Shown piece after piece: positions 1 through 10,070 of a DNA stretch of 64,000 bases. The stretch spans positions 2,336,001 through 2,400,000 of the forward strand of contig OZ220696.1 in NCBI GenBank assembly GCA_965116495.1, given 5' to 3'. The stretch's first letter is position 1. Every line of letters begins with the position of its first letter. Below the pieces are notes generated by a model. The model ran no database searches, was not told where the DNA came from, and worked only from the letters and a program-made list of their open reading frames with translations. Made by a program: the position numbers and the translations under genes. The DNA comes from Gammaproteobacteria bacterium (GTDB lineage Bacteria > Pseudomonadota > Gammaproteobacteria > Eutrophobiales > Eutrophobiaceae).

Positions 1-135
1 GACCCAGTTGAAGTTCAGTTCCGGATCCTTGGCCCTGGGCATGTCCAGGTAAGCAAACACCCCAAGGAAGATAACCAGGCCGAACGTCAGGTTCGCCAGT
101 ACGTGGTTGGATAAGAACCGCCTGATGAAATCCAT
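1..135 (-). CDS. RND efflux permease (AcrB family), N-terminal part; gene runs off the window start
   Basis: Hand translation MDFIRRFLSNHVLANLTFGLVIFLGVFAYLDMPRAKDPELNFNWV is near-identical to the N-terminus of the 1234..4326 permease. Confidence 0.9.
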   Translation of the reverse strand, partial: MDFIRRFLSNHVLANLTFGLVIFLGVFAYLDMPRAKDPELNFNWV

Positions 136-165
136 GATTTTAGTTACCGGGAACCAACTACGCGG

Positions 166-1191
166 TCAGCGCGGGTTATACAGGATGACCGGTTGCCCGT
201 CCTCCAGCCTGTAATGGCCCTCTGTAATTACAACCGTGTCCGGCGGCAGATCAACCGGTGTGGTCCGGCCCTGCTGGGCGCCGGGTATGACATGAAACCT
301 GGCTTTACCCGTGTTATTGATGAAGATGCCGAAATCATCGCCGCGCCGGACCAGCAGCTTGGCGGAGACGTGCGGCTGGCTATCCCGCCAGATGAGCTTG
401 CCGGCGGCGCCCGGCAGCGCCTGTTCGTTGCCGAACAGCAGCCTGACTTCCCGGTTGCGGGTCTGTGTATTGACTGCCGGCGTCACCGTGCGCAAATTAA
501 CCGGATAGCGCCTGGCCGTATCTTCGAAATAGATCTCGTCGGCCTGTTCGACCGCCTCGATGTCCAGGGTCGGGACCTGCGCCGAGATTTCCAGTTGTTC
601 GATATCCATGATTTCCAGCAGCCTCGTTCCCATGTCGGCGAATTCCCCTTCGGCGGCCAACCGGGCGGTAACCACGGCCCGGTACGGACTCCTTACGGTG
701 CAACGGGAAATGTTGGTTTGCGCAGTCTCCAGTTGCGCCAGGGCGCCCCGAAGTTGTGCCTGCAGGACCGCCAGGTCGGCTTCGCGCTGGTCCAGCAATT
801 CTGCGGACGCGGTCTGCTTCCGTTCCAGTTCCCTGGTTCTTTCAAGGCGCCGTTCGGCCAACCGGATACGGGCCTCCAGTGCGCCGATATCCGCTTCGGC
901 CTGCTGTCGGCCGATGCGGTAATCCGTGCAATCCAGCCTCACCAGCACACTGCCGGCGTCGACAACCTCGCCGACCTTCACGGAGATCCCGTCGACACGC
1001 GCCTTGATCTGGGCAGCGACGGACGTGTCATTCAGACTGACAACGGAAGCAGGCGCAGAATTCCAGAGGTAGATCGCCACGTCCTTGATACGTGCGGTTT
1101 TCACCGCGACAGCATTTTGACCGCTCGATACGAGCGGCAAAACGAGAAACAGCAGTACCAGGAATGCGTGGGTGAAAAATTTGTTAGTCAT
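166..1191 (-). CDS. RND efflux membrane-fusion (periplasmic adaptor) protein
   Basis: Signal peptide, lipoyl half-motifs (VKVGEVVDAGSVLVRLD; VRSPYRAVVTAR), helical hairpin; lies between two RND permeases. Confidence 0.92.
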   Translation of the reverse strand: MTNKFFTHAFLVLLFLVLPLVSSGQNAVAVKTARIKDVAIYLWNSAPASVVSLNDTSVAAQIKARVDGISVKVGEVVDAGSVLVRLDCTDYRIGRQQAEADIGALEARIRLAERRLERTRELERKQTASAELLDQREADLAVLQAQLRGALAQLETAQTNISRCTVRSPYRAVVTARLAAEGEFADMGTRLLEIMDIEQLEISAQVPTLDIEAVEQADEIYFEDTARRYPVNLRTVTPAVNTQTRNREVRLLFGNEQALPGAAGKLIWRDSQPHVSAKLLVRRGDDFGIFINNTGKARFHVIPGAQQGRTTPVDLPPDTVVITEGHYRLEDGQPVILYNPR

Positions 1192-1233
1192 AACTTCAAC
1201 CGTTTATTTTATCCGCTGTCTTCCGCATCGGGA

Positions 1234-4200
1234 TCAGTTTTTTCCCGCCCTTGCACTGTATGCCATGAAAGTACGGTACAGCAGGGGGATAACCAGTAAT
1301 GTCAGGATTGTTGAAATCGCCAGTCCCCACACGATCGCAGTAGCCACGGGACCCCATACCAGTGATTTCCCGGCCAGCCCTGCGGCCAGTGAAAACAATC
1401 CCGCAATAGTTGTCAACGAGGTGATAAAAACAGGCACAACCCGTCTCCGGGCGGCATATACCGTTGCATGCAACAGGCTCATACCCTGTTCCAGGCGGGT
1501 GTTGGCTGCCGAGATCAGAACGATGGCGGCATTCACCGCAATGCCCGACAACGCCACTACGCCGTACAGGGTAAACAGGCTCAAGGGATTCCCGGTTACC
1601 AGCAGTCCCAGCGTGACGCCGGTAAATGCCAACGGCACCGTGGTAATTACCAGAAACGGTTGAAAATAGCTGCGGAATTGCGTGCCTAAAATAACATAAA
1701 TGGCGCCCAGGCCAAGCAGCAGCAACAGCCCGATGGCATCCAGGCTTTCAGTGATATCATCCAGTTCGCCGGAAAAATCGATGGAGACATCCGGATATCC
1801 GGCCTGTATTTCGCGCCATTTATCCCTGATCAGGCTGTTTGCCTGCAAGGTATTGATTTTCTCCGTATCGATATCGCTTTCCAGGGTAACCGCCCGGCGG
1901 AAATTGTAGTGGAGAATGCTTTGCGCGCCTCTCCCCGGCGTACTCACCACCAGTTCTTCCAGCGCAATGGACCGGCCGTCCGGCAACGAGATGGTCTGCC
2001 GCATCAGGTTATCTATGTTAGTGTCACTGTCTTTTTTCGACACCACCCTGACCTTGATTTCCTCCCCCGCATCCTGAAACACGGCCACGATTTCACCATC
2101 CACGTAAGTCTGTACGGTGCGCGCTACGGTTGCAGGATTGAGACCGGCCCGCTGTACGGCTTCACCGTCAAGGCGTAAAGCCAGTTCGGGGTTTCCCGGA
2201 CGGTAATCCAGGGTGATGTTGTTATACACCTGCTGCCGTTCGAGGAAGTCACGCAGTTCATCGGCAGCCTGCAGCATGGCCGGGTATTCACTGCCCAGCA
2301 CCTTGACGCTGACGGCTTTGCTCGCGGGCAGGCCGCCCGTCATTTCCAGGAGTGAAACATTGATCGGACCAGGTATGTTTTCCATGCGCTGCAAGACAGC
2401 ATCGGCAATAACGGAGACTGCGCGGCCACCATGGGCGCGTGGATGTAAACTGAACATTATCTGACCGAGGGTATCGCCGTAAAAAGGCTGCGTCTCGGTC
2501 AACTGTATGCCGGCAAAACTGACGGAGGATCGTAGTTCGCCCGGGAGAAACTCCTTTAATACCTCCGCCTCGGTCTCTACCAGGAAGCGGCTGGTATCTT
2601 CTACTGACGCGCCCTGGGGAAGTTCTATATTCAGGTTGAACATCCGCACAGGATCAAACTGGAGAAAGTTGTAGTGAATCCGGCCGCTGGCCAGGGCGCC
2701 CAGCGCCAGCGCTATAAGCAGAACAACCAATAACAGGGTAACAACAGGATAGCGCAGGGATTTAACCAGGACCCGCGTGTAATAAAGCCGGAGCCGATGG
2801 TTCGCTGCCGCCCTTTTTCTCTGCATGGCGCCGGCGTTGGCAAAATCCAGTTTCATCCCCAGCACGTGAGACGGCAATATCCAGTATGCCTCAACCAGGC
2901 TGATAAGTAAGGCTACCGTTACCACTATCGGCACGATGCGCATAAAATCCCCGACAACACCAGGCAGCAGCGCAAGCGGAAGAAACACGGCGATAGTCGT
3001 CATCACCGAGGTGGTAACGGGCGCGAACACTTCCCTGAAGGATTCAATGACGGAAGTCATGGCGTCCAGTCCCCGTTGCAGGCGGTAATACACGGCTTCA
3101 ACCACTACTACCGCGTCATCGACAATCATTCCCAGGACAACCACTACTCCGAGGAGCACGGAATTATTCAGCGTAAAATTACTGGCGTTGAGGATGAGAA
3201 ACGTGCCGGCAAGAGTAAACAGGATGCCGATACTGGTCATCAATGCGATGCGGGTGCCCAGGAATACCCAGGTGACCAGCATGACCAGAACAAGGCCGGC
3301 CAGCGCATTGGTCTGCATGAGCGCCAGTGCCTGCCGGGTACTCACGGTCTGGTCGTCCGCCAGGAACAACTCCACGCCGGTTGCAGCCTTCAGGCGGTTA
3401 CGCTCTTCCAGGTAATCATTCAGCCTGTCAATCAGTTCCAGTATGTTCGTGTCGGCGTGCTTGGCTATATTCAGGGTCACCGCAGGATTACCGCGAAAGG
3501 TGACGAGCGACGACCGCTCCTCCCTGGTCCTGATCAACTCGGCGATCTCTCCGAGCGGCACAACCCCCGCTGCCGTGACGACAGGGAAGTCCTGCATGAT
3601 TGCCGGATCCGGGCTGGTGCCCGTCAAACGTACGATCCATGTGCCGTCGGAGGTTTCCAGATCGCCCGCGGTCGTATCGCGAAAATAGGCGCGGATAGTC
3701 TCTGAAATATCCACAGGCGTAATGCCAAGCCCTTCCAGGCGTTCGGGAATAAACCTGATATGCAGTTCCGGGTCAGCCAGCCCTGTCGCAGCGACACCAT
3801 CTACACCACTGAGCCGCTCCAGGTCTTTTTTTACGCTGTTTGCCTGCCGTCTCAGGTTTTCATCATCGCCGGGGCTGGTTACCACCACTATGGCGCTTGG
3901 AAATGAGTTGGAAGTGCTCAGTTCCTGGACAACCGGTTCTTCGGCCTCTTCGGGAAACTCATCGACATAGGTGTTCTGCACTTCCCGTCTCAGGTCAACC
4001 AGGCGTTGGTTGAACGTGGCGTCATCAACCTGTTTGAACCAGACCAGGATATTGGAGATATTATCCCGGCTGGTGCTGAGCACATACTTTATATCCCTGA
4101 CAGTGCTGCGCAACGCGTCTTCAACGGGGTCGGTAATGCGTTTTTCAATATCTGTCGCAGAGGCGCCGGGATAAATACTGATGATGTTGACCCAGTTGAA

Positions 4201-4326
4201 GTTAATCTCCGGGTCCTTGGCCCTGGGCATCTGCAGGTAGGAGAGCGCCCCCAGGACGAGTACCAGACCGAATGCCAAGTTCGCCAGTACGTGATTGGAT
4301 AAAAACCGCCTGAGGAAATTCATCAA
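1234..4326 (-). CDS. RND efflux permease (AcrB/AcrD/AcrF family)
   Basis: 1030 aa; GMIVDDAVVVVE TM4 motif; RRVVPVFITSLTTIAGL motif; two large periplasmic loops. Confidence 0.95.
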   Translation of the reverse strand: MMNFLRRFLSNHVLANLAFGLVLVLGALSYLQMPRAKDPEINFNWVNIISIYPGASATDIEKRITDPVEDALRSTVRDIKYVLSTSRDNISNILVWFKQVDDATFNQRLVDLRREVQNTYVDEFPEEAEEPVVQELSTSNSFPSAIVVVTSPGDDENLRRQANSVKKDLERLSGVDGVAATGLADPELHIRFIPERLEGLGITPVDISETIRAYFRDTTAGDLETSDGTWIVRLTGTSPDPAIMQDFPVVTAAGVVPLGEIAELIRTREERSSLVTFRGNPAVTLNIAKHADTNILELIDRLNDYLEERNRLKAATGVELFLADDQTVSTRQALALMQTNALAGLVLVMLVTWVFLGTRIALMTSIGILFTLAGTFLILNASNFTLNNSVLLGVVVVLGMIVDDAVVVVEAVYYRLQRGLDAMTSVIESFREVFAPVTTSVMTTIAVFLPLALLPGVVGDFMRIVPIVVTVALLISLVEAYWILPSHVLGMKLDFANAGAMQRKRAAANHRLRLYYTRVLVKSLRYPVVTLLLVVLLIALALGALASGRIHYNFLQFDPVRMFNLNIELPQGASVEDTSRFLVETEAEVLKEFLPGELRSSVSFAGIQLTETQPFYGDTLGQIMFSLHPRAHGGRAVSVIADAVLQRMENIPGPINVSLLEMTGGLPASKAVSVKVLGSEYPAMLQAADELRDFLERQQVYNNITLDYRPGNPELALRLDGEAVQRAGLNPATVARTVQTYVDGEIVAVFQDAGEEIKVRVVSKKDSDTNIDNLMRQTISLPDGRSIALEELVVSTPGRGAQSILHYNFRRAVTLESDIDTEKINTLQANSLIRDKWREIQAGYPDVSIDFSGELDDITESLDAIGLLLLLGLGAIYVILGTQFRSYFQPFLVITTVPLAFTGVTLGLLVTGNPLSLFTLYGVVALSGIAVNAAIVLISAANTRLEQGMSLLHATVYAARRRVVPVFITSLTTIAGLFSLAAGLAGKSLVWGPVATAIVWGLAISTILTLLVIPLLYRTFMAYSARAGKN

Positions 4327-5369
4327 CGAATAACCTCTATTGCCTCCCCGTCCTGCAAACCGTATTGCCCTTCCGTTACCACCGAAGTATCCAGCGGCAA
4401 CGCCGTTGGTGCTGCCCTGCCCTGTTGCGCGCCGGGAAGGGCATGAAACCTGGCTTTGCCCCTATCGGCAATAAAAACTCCGAGGCTGTCCTGGCGCCGG
4501 ACCAGTACCCTGGCGGAAATATGTGGCCGGTTGTCCTGCCAGACGAGTTTGCCGGCTGCGCCCGGCAAGGCCGCTGTGTTACTGAACAGCAGTCTTGCTT
4601 CCCGGTTGCGGGTCCGGGTATTGACTGTCGGCGCCACCGCGCGCAATTCGATATCATAACGTCCTGTTGAATCTTCGAAATACAGGTCCTTGATCGTTAC
4701 AACCTGCCCGATCTCCGTGGCCGGCACCTGCGCTGATACTTCCAGTTGCCCGATATCCACAATTTCGAACAACTTCGTCCCTTTTTCTGCAAATTCTCCC
4801 ACCGAACCTGTTCTTGCGGCGATGACGGCCTTGTATGGACTGACTATCATGCAGCGGGAAATATCGAGTTTGGACTTGTCCAGCCGCGACAATGCGCCCT
4901 GGTAATCCGCGCGCAAAACGGCCAGGTCGGCTTCTCTCTGGTCCAGCAACTCTTCCGATACGGTTTGCTTTTCCACCAGTGTCTCTGTTCTGGTCAAGCG
5001 GCGCTCCGCCAGCTCAATGCGGGCCAGGAGCGATGCAATATTCGCCTCCACCTGTTGCTTTGCCAGTTCAAAATCCGTGCAATCCAGCCTGGCGAGTACA
5101 CTGCCCGGTTCGACAATATCAGCGACCCGGACGGAGATCTTATCGATACGCGCGCCCACTTGCGTCGAAACAGCAGTGTTGTTCAGGCTGACGACGGTTG
5201 CCGGCGCATATTTGCCGGGATAGACGGCGATATCCGCAAGACGCATCGCCTTCACGGGGATACTGCTCTGCGCGCCCAGGCTGAGAGGTAAAATCAGAAA
5301 CAAACCTGACAGGAGTGCGGTTACGCCGACCCGTTGCCGGTGACCTGTTATATTTGTGTTACCTTGCAT
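4323..5369 (-). CDS. RND efflux membrane-fusion protein (paralogue of 166..1191)
   Basis: Shares PAxVVSLN, LDCTD, ELLDQREADLAVL and ALPGAAGKL with 166..1191; overlaps the permease start. Confidence 0.92.
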   Translation of the reverse strand: MQGNTNITGHRQRVGVTALLSGLFLILPLSLGAQSSIPVKAMRLADIAVYPGKYAPATVVSLNNTAVSTQVGARIDKISVRVADIVEPGSVLARLDCTDFELAKQQVEANIASLLARIELAERRLTRTETLVEKQTVSEELLDQREADLAVLRADYQGALSRLDKSKLDISRCMIVSPYKAVIAARTGSVGEFAEKGTKLFEIVDIGQLEVSAQVPATEIGQVVTIKDLYFEDSTGRYDIELRAVAPTVNTRTRNREARLLFSNTAALPGAAGKLVWQDNRPHISARVLVRRQDSLGVFIADRGKARFHALPGAQQGRAAPTALPLDTSVVTEGQYGLQDGEAIEVIR

Positions 5370-5380
5370 AACTTGAGGAT

Positions 5381-6598
5381 TTATAACAATTCCTTGATGG
5401 GCGTGCCTGCATCAGCCAGTCTGGTTTTATCCACCGTCTTCTGCAACGGTATCAGTTTCTTGGTGAACATGAACTCCTGGGGCTTGTTTACTGCGTCAAC
5501 CGCGATCACCCTGCCCTCCTGCAAATAGAATGCCGCGAAACTGCGGCCCTCTCCCGGGTCGCCGCGGGTGATGATTTCATCGTACCCCTGGGACAGGCCG
5601 GCGATCTGCAGCATCAGGTCATATTGTTCGGACCAGAACCAGGGGACGGCGTTGTAACTGGTTTCCTTGCCGCAGGCAGCGCCGGCAATAACCCTGGACT
5701 GGTCCGTGGCATTCTGTACCGACTCAAGCCGTACCCAGCGATCATAGATTGGATTATGGTGAAACGTGCAATCACCGGCCGCGAAAATATCCGGGTCAGA
5801 CGTCTGCGCCCGCTCGTTGACCACTATACCGTTATCGACTTCCAGCCCTGCTGCCTCGGCCAGCGCCGTGTTCGGCAATATGCCTACACCGATGATGACG
5901 AGGTCAGCGGCAAATTCGTTGCCGTCACTGCACAGGACTTTGGTGACCCTGCCGTCGCCTTTGAAACCGCTCACGCCGACACCGCAACGGACACTGACAC
6001 CCTCTTCCCCGTGTATGCGGGTATAGAATTCCGATACCGCGGGAGCTGTTACCCGCTGCAACACCCGTTCCATCATCTCCAGCACCGTTACGTTCATGCC
6101 TTTTCCATTCAACACCGCCGCGGTCTCAAGACCGATGTAGCCGCCACCGACGATCACGGCGTTCGCTCCCGGGCTGATGTATGCGCTTATCCGCTCAACG
6201 TCCTTCAGGTCGCGCAGGTAAAATACGCCATCGAGCTCTACTCCCGGCAGGTTCACCTTTCTGACTTTCGACCCGACGGTCAAAGCCAGCTTGTCATAGG
6301 GCAGGGTTTCGTTGTTGCTCAGGCTCACTGTCTTTTCCCCCCGGTTGATGGATTCGACAGTGGTTTCAAGAATAAATTCAACTTCAGACTTCTCATACAC
6401 CGTGGCCGGGCGGATCAAAATTTCCTCCAGGGATTTGGCGCCGGCCAGGTAGTCTTTCGACAAGGGCGGGCGATGATACGGTATAGAGGCCTCGGCACCG
6501 ATAACGATAATGCGCCCCTGCCAGCCCTGCTGACGCAGGCTTGGCGCCAGCATGGACGCGGCATGGCTGGCGCCTGCGATTACAAAAGTTTCACTCAT
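5381..6598 (-). CDS. FAD-dependent ferredoxin reductase (putidaredoxin-reductase / GR type)
   Basis: PYHRPPLSK, GGGYIGLE, TSDPDIFAAGDC, RLESVQNA and VPWFWSEQYD motifs. Confidence 0.93.
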   Translation of the reverse strand: MSETFVIAGASHAASMLAPSLRQQGWQGRIIVIGAEASIPYHRPPLSKDYLAGAKSLEEILIRPATVYEKSEVEFILETTVESINRGEKTVSLSNNETLPYDKLALTVGSKVRKVNLPGVELDGVFYLRDLKDVERISAYISPGANAVIVGGGYIGLETAAVLNGKGMNVTVLEMMERVLQRVTAPAVSEFYTRIHGEEGVSVRCGVGVSGFKGDGRVTKVLCSDGNEFAADLVIIGVGILPNTALAEAAGLEVDNGIVVNERAQTSDPDIFAAGDCTFHHNPIYDRWVRLESVQNATDQSRVIAGAACGKETSYNAVPWFWSEQYDLMLQIAGLSQGYDEIITRGDPGEGRSFAAFYLQEGRVIAVDAVNKPQEFMFTKKLIPLQKTVDKTRLADAGTPIKELL

Positions 6599-6689
6599 TT
6601 ATATTTTTCATTATATCTGTTGAATAAAAAGGATGGGATGGCCTTATCTTTACTGAAAATAGCATCTCAACTTGTTCAAGAGCATCTGA

Positions 6690-7979
6690 TTATTCGGATA
6701 GTTTACCCGCAACGTGATAAATTGCATCCGTCAATCGGGTTAACTCGGACTGGTTTATGACGTAAGACGGCATGATGTATATCAGGCGGCCGAACGGTCT
6801 GATCCAGACTCCACGTTCCACAAACCAGTGCGGGACGACGTGCATATTCACGGGCTGGTCAACTTCAACTACGCCGATAGCGCCCAGTACTCTAACGTCA
6901 ACGACGTTATCCAATTCCCTGCACACAGCCAGTTCGGCCTTTAGCTGGGTCTGTATGTCATCGACTCGCTGCTTCCAGCCGCCTTGTTCCAGTAATTGGA
7001 TACTGGCAAGCGCCACGGAGCAGGCCAGCGGGTTCGCCATGAAGGTGGGGCCGTGCATGAATACTCCCTCGCCTCCTGCCGAGATGGTGCCGGCAACCTT
7101 TTCTGTTGTCAGTGTGGCCGCCAGTGTCATGTAACCGCCGGTCAGCGCCTTGCCCAGGCACATGATGTCAGGCGTAACCCGGCTGTGTTCGCAGGCAAAC
7201 AGTTTGCCGGTCCTGCCGAACCCGGTGGCAATCTCGTCGAAAACCAGCAGCAGGTCATACTGGTCACAGGTATCCCTGACCCTGTTCAGGTACTCGGGGG
7301 AATAAAACCACATACCTCCGGCGCCCTGTACTACCGGTTCAAGTATGACCGCGGCAATTTCTTCATGGTGGTTTTCAGCCAGTGTTTCCAAGGGCCTTAT
7401 GTCGTCGTCCTGCCATTTCTCATCGAAGCGAACTCGGGGAGCATCGGCAAAGTAATGGCCGGGGAGCACGTCCCTGAACAGCGAGTGCATACCCGTCACG
7501 GGGTCGCAAACCGCCATGGCGCCGAACGTATCGCCATGATAGCCCTGGCGTATAGTCAGCAACTTTTGTTTGCCGGGGCGCCCTTTGGCTGCCCAGTACT
7601 GTATTGCCATCTTGATGGCGACTTCCACGGAGACGGAACCGGAATCGGCAAAGAACACAGTCTGCAATTCACTCGGGGTGATGTCCACCAGCTCCTGCGC
7701 CAGCCTGACCGCCGGTTCATGGGTGAGGCCGCCGAACATGACGTGAGCCATATCCTCCAGCTGCGTGCTGACAGCTTCATTCAGCGCCGGGTGGTTGTAC
7801 CCATGGATGGCGCACCACCAGGACGCCATGCCGTCGATCAACTCTCTCCCGTCCGCCAACGTGAGCCTGACACCGCTGGCTGAGACAACCGGAAATACCG
7901 GTGGCGGATCCACCATGGACGTATAAGGGTGCCACAACAGCGACCGATCAGCCTCTATCAGACTTTTATAACTCATCAC
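6690..7979 (-). CDS. bioA: Adenosylmethionine-8-amino-7-oxononanoate aminotransferase
   Basis: [75 protein letters not shown]. Confidence 0.96.
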   Translation of the reverse strand: MMSYKSLIEADRSLLWHPYTSMVDPPPVFPVVSASGVRLTLADGRELIDGMASWWCAIHGYNHPALNEAVSTQLEDMAHVMFGGLTHEPAVRLAQELVDITPSELQTVFFADSGSVSVEVAIKMAIQYWAAKGRPGKQKLLTIRQGYHGDTFGAMAVCDPVTGMHSLFRDVLPGHYFADAPRVRFDEKWQDDDIRPLETLAENHHEEIAAVILEPVVQGAGGMWFYSPEYLNRVRDTCDQYDLLLVFDEIATGFGRTGKLFACEHSRVTPDIMCLGKALTGGYMTLAATLTTEKVAGTISAGGEGVFMHGPTFMANPLACSVALASIQLLEQGGWKQRVDDIQTQLKAELAVCRELDNVVDVRVLGAIGVVEVDQPVNMHVVPHWFVERGVWIRPFGRLIYIMPSYVINQSELTRLTDAIYHVAGKLSE

Positions 7980-8019
7980 GATGTCGTAGGATTCCAGTAC
8001 TCAAGTGTGGTATCAACTT

Positions 8020-8195
8020 ACAATGCCATCTGCCGAAGCCGGCGTGGATACATCGACGACCTGGAGTGCCGCTTGTGCGCTGCGGAGAAGGTGATCCATG
8101 TCCGTTCCGCGGCGCGCGCGTGGCATGCTATCTATGATTTCGGCGTGAACCGGGCACGTATCGAGGCGTTGCGCCGCCAACTCCAAGATACATAG
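8020..8195 (+). pseudogene. C-terminal fragment of a DUF1499-family protein
   Basis: GYIDDLECRL...VIHVRSAAR...DFGVNRARIEALR matches the DUF1499 C-terminal pattern; no credible start; 5' boundary approximate. Confidence 0.65.
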
Positions 8196-8204
8196 CTCAG
8201 GTGC

Positions 8205-9848
8205 TTAATAGCCCGCGGCCTGTCCGTCCTTGCGGGATTCCGAGGCGCCGTGATATACCCCGTTACCGGCTTTCATGATCGCCTGGTACCCGCCGAAACC
8301 GTCTGTTGCCCGCTGTACATGGTGACCGCGCTTGGCTAACTCCTTGACCACCTGATCCGGAAAACTCCTCTCAAGCAGTACCACCCCGCCGTCCGTGAGG
8401 TGTTCATCCACGTCTGCGGTCGGTTCGGTTGAACCGTCATGACGCCAGCGCGGTGCATCTCCCGCCAACTGTATGTCCATCCCGAAATCGATGATATTGG
8501 TCAATACCTGCACGTGGCCCTGGGGCTGCATATCACCGCCCATGACGCCGAAACTCATGAAAGGCTTGTCATTTTTCATAACGAACGCGGGAATAATGGT
8601 GTGGAACGGGCGTTTGCCGGGCGCGTAGGCGTTGGCATGGGACGGGTCCATGGAAAACAGCAGCCCGCGGTTTTGCAGGGCAAAGCCGGTTCCGGGAACG
8701 ACGATGCCGGAACCGAAGTAGTGGTAGACGCTCTGGATCAACGATACCATGTTGCCGGCGGAATCGGCCGCCGTTAAATAGATGGTGTCGCCATCCCGTA
8801 AAATCCCCTCTCCGGCCCTGACTCGGAGCGCGGCGCCGTGTTTAATCAGAGAGCGTCTTGTTTTATTGTATTTCGCGCTGAGCAGGCGTTCAGTCCGAAC
8901 TCCGGTAAAATCCGGGTCCGCGTAAAATTTCGCCCGGTCTTCGAATACCAGTTTCTTTGCCTCCAGCATCAGGTGCAGGCAATCCACGTTCATAAAGCCC
9001 ATGGCGGCAAGGTCGTCGTCTTCAAGCATCTGCAACATCTGCAGGGCAGCGATACCCTGGCCGCTGGGCGGCAGTTCAAACACGTCATAACCCCGGTAAT
9101 TCACGGTTACCGGCGTGATCCAGTCCGAACGGTGTGTTTGCAGGTCGGCGTGGTCGATGTAACCGCCATTGTCCTGCATGAATCCGACAATCCGATCGGC
9201 CAGTTCACCCTGGTAGAAGGCTTTGTTGCCGGCATCCGCAATCAGTCGGTAACAGCGGGCCAGGTCCCTGTTTGTAAAAATATCACCGACGGCCGGCGCC
9301 CGCCCACCCGGAGCATATACGCTGTCAAACACGCCTGGTACGGTTCCCGATATTTCAGCCGCCGCCCACTGCCACTGGCCGGCTATAACAGGCGAGACCG
9401 GAAATCCGCGTTCCGCATAATTGATTGCCGGCGCCAGCAGTTCGGCAAACGGCAACTTGCCGAACCTGTCGTGTAAAGTAGTCCAGCCGTGTACCGCGCC
9501 CGGCACGGATACCGAGAGGATACTGTTGTGTGGAATATGGCGCGTACCCAGCTTTCGTAACCGTCCGGACAATTCACCGTTATCGAGAGACCCGGGGGAG
9601 CGGCCGCTGGCATTGAGACCGTGCAGTTGTTTCTCTTTCTCATCCCAGACGATGGCAAACAGGTCGCCTCCAATTCCACACATGTGGGGTTCCATCAGGC
9701 CCAGGGCGGCATTGGCCGCGATGGCCGCGTCCAGCGCACTGCCACCTTTTTTCAGTATGCCCAGGCCGACGTCGGTCGCCAGGGGTTGGCTGGTTGCGAC
9801 CATGCCGTTGCCGGCGATGACCGCAGAACGGCTGCTTGTTATATTCAT
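8205..9848 (-). CDS. ggt: Gamma-glutamyltransferase (Ntn hydrolase, no signal peptide)
   Basis: GMVATSQPLA, GIGGDLF, nucleophile motif DTIYLTAAD, PGKRPFHTIIP, GVMGGDMQPQGH, SRKDGQAAG. Confidence 0.94.
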   Translation of the reverse strand: MNITSSRSAVIAGNGMVATSQPLATDVGLGILKKGGSALDAAIAANAALGLMEPHMCGIGGDLFAIVWDEKEKQLHGLNASGRSPGSLDNGELSGRLRKLGTRHIPHNSILSVSVPGAVHGWTTLHDRFGKLPFAELLAPAINYAERGFPVSPVIAGQWQWAAAEISGTVPGVFDSVYAPGGRAPAVGDIFTNRDLARCYRLIADAGNKAFYQGELADRIVGFMQDNGGYIDHADLQTHRSDWITPVTVNYRGYDVFELPPSGQGIAALQMLQMLEDDDLAAMGFMNVDCLHLMLEAKKLVFEDRAKFYADPDFTGVRTERLLSAKYNKTRRSLIKHGAALRVRAGEGILRDGDTIYLTAADSAGNMVSLIQSVYHYFGSGIVVPGTGFALQNRGLLFSMDPSHANAYAPGKRPFHTIIPAFVMKNDKPFMSFGVMGGDMQPQGHVQVLTNIIDFGMDIQLAGDAPRWRHDGSTEPTADVDEHLTDGGVVLLERSFPDQVVKELAKRGHHVQRATDGFGGYQAIMKAGNGVYHGASESRKDGQAAGY

Positions 9849-9910
9849 AAAGGCGAATTATACGCCTCAACTACAATTTAAGTAATCGAAATTCCGGGGA
9901 ATGAAATTGA

Positions 9911-9937
9911 CTGGATTCCTGCTTGCGCAGGAATGAC
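9911..9937. repeat. REP/dRS3/RPE-like palindrome CTGGATTCCTGC-TTGC-GCAGGAATGAC
   Basis: Perfect 8-bp stem ATTCCTGC/GCAGGAAT with a 4-nt loop; resembles the widespread GTCATTCC...GGAATCCAG intergenic repeats. Confidence 0.7.
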
Positions 9938-9953
9938 GAGTCTTGGATAGGTT

Positions 9954-10026
9954 AATTTGGGACAACCATAAATTCATTTTGTGGGGGTCCCGGATTAGGT
10001 TTATGAATTTATGGTTGTCCCAAATT
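9954..10026. repeat. 24-bp perfect inverted repeat (REP-like)
   Basis: AATTTGGGACAACCATAAATTCAT (9954-9977) and its reverse complement (10003-10026); related to 22643-22745. Confidence 0.85.
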
Positions 10027-10070
10027 TGTTTTTTCATCAATATGTCGGACGTGAAAGAAAATAGTTCTGC

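Noticed and set aside
193-1299. 368-aa plus-strand ORF and similar long antisense ORFs (5624..6760, 6996..7883, 35386..36366, 46696..47427)
   Set aside because: They are shadows of well-supported genes on the opposite strand and carry no motifs
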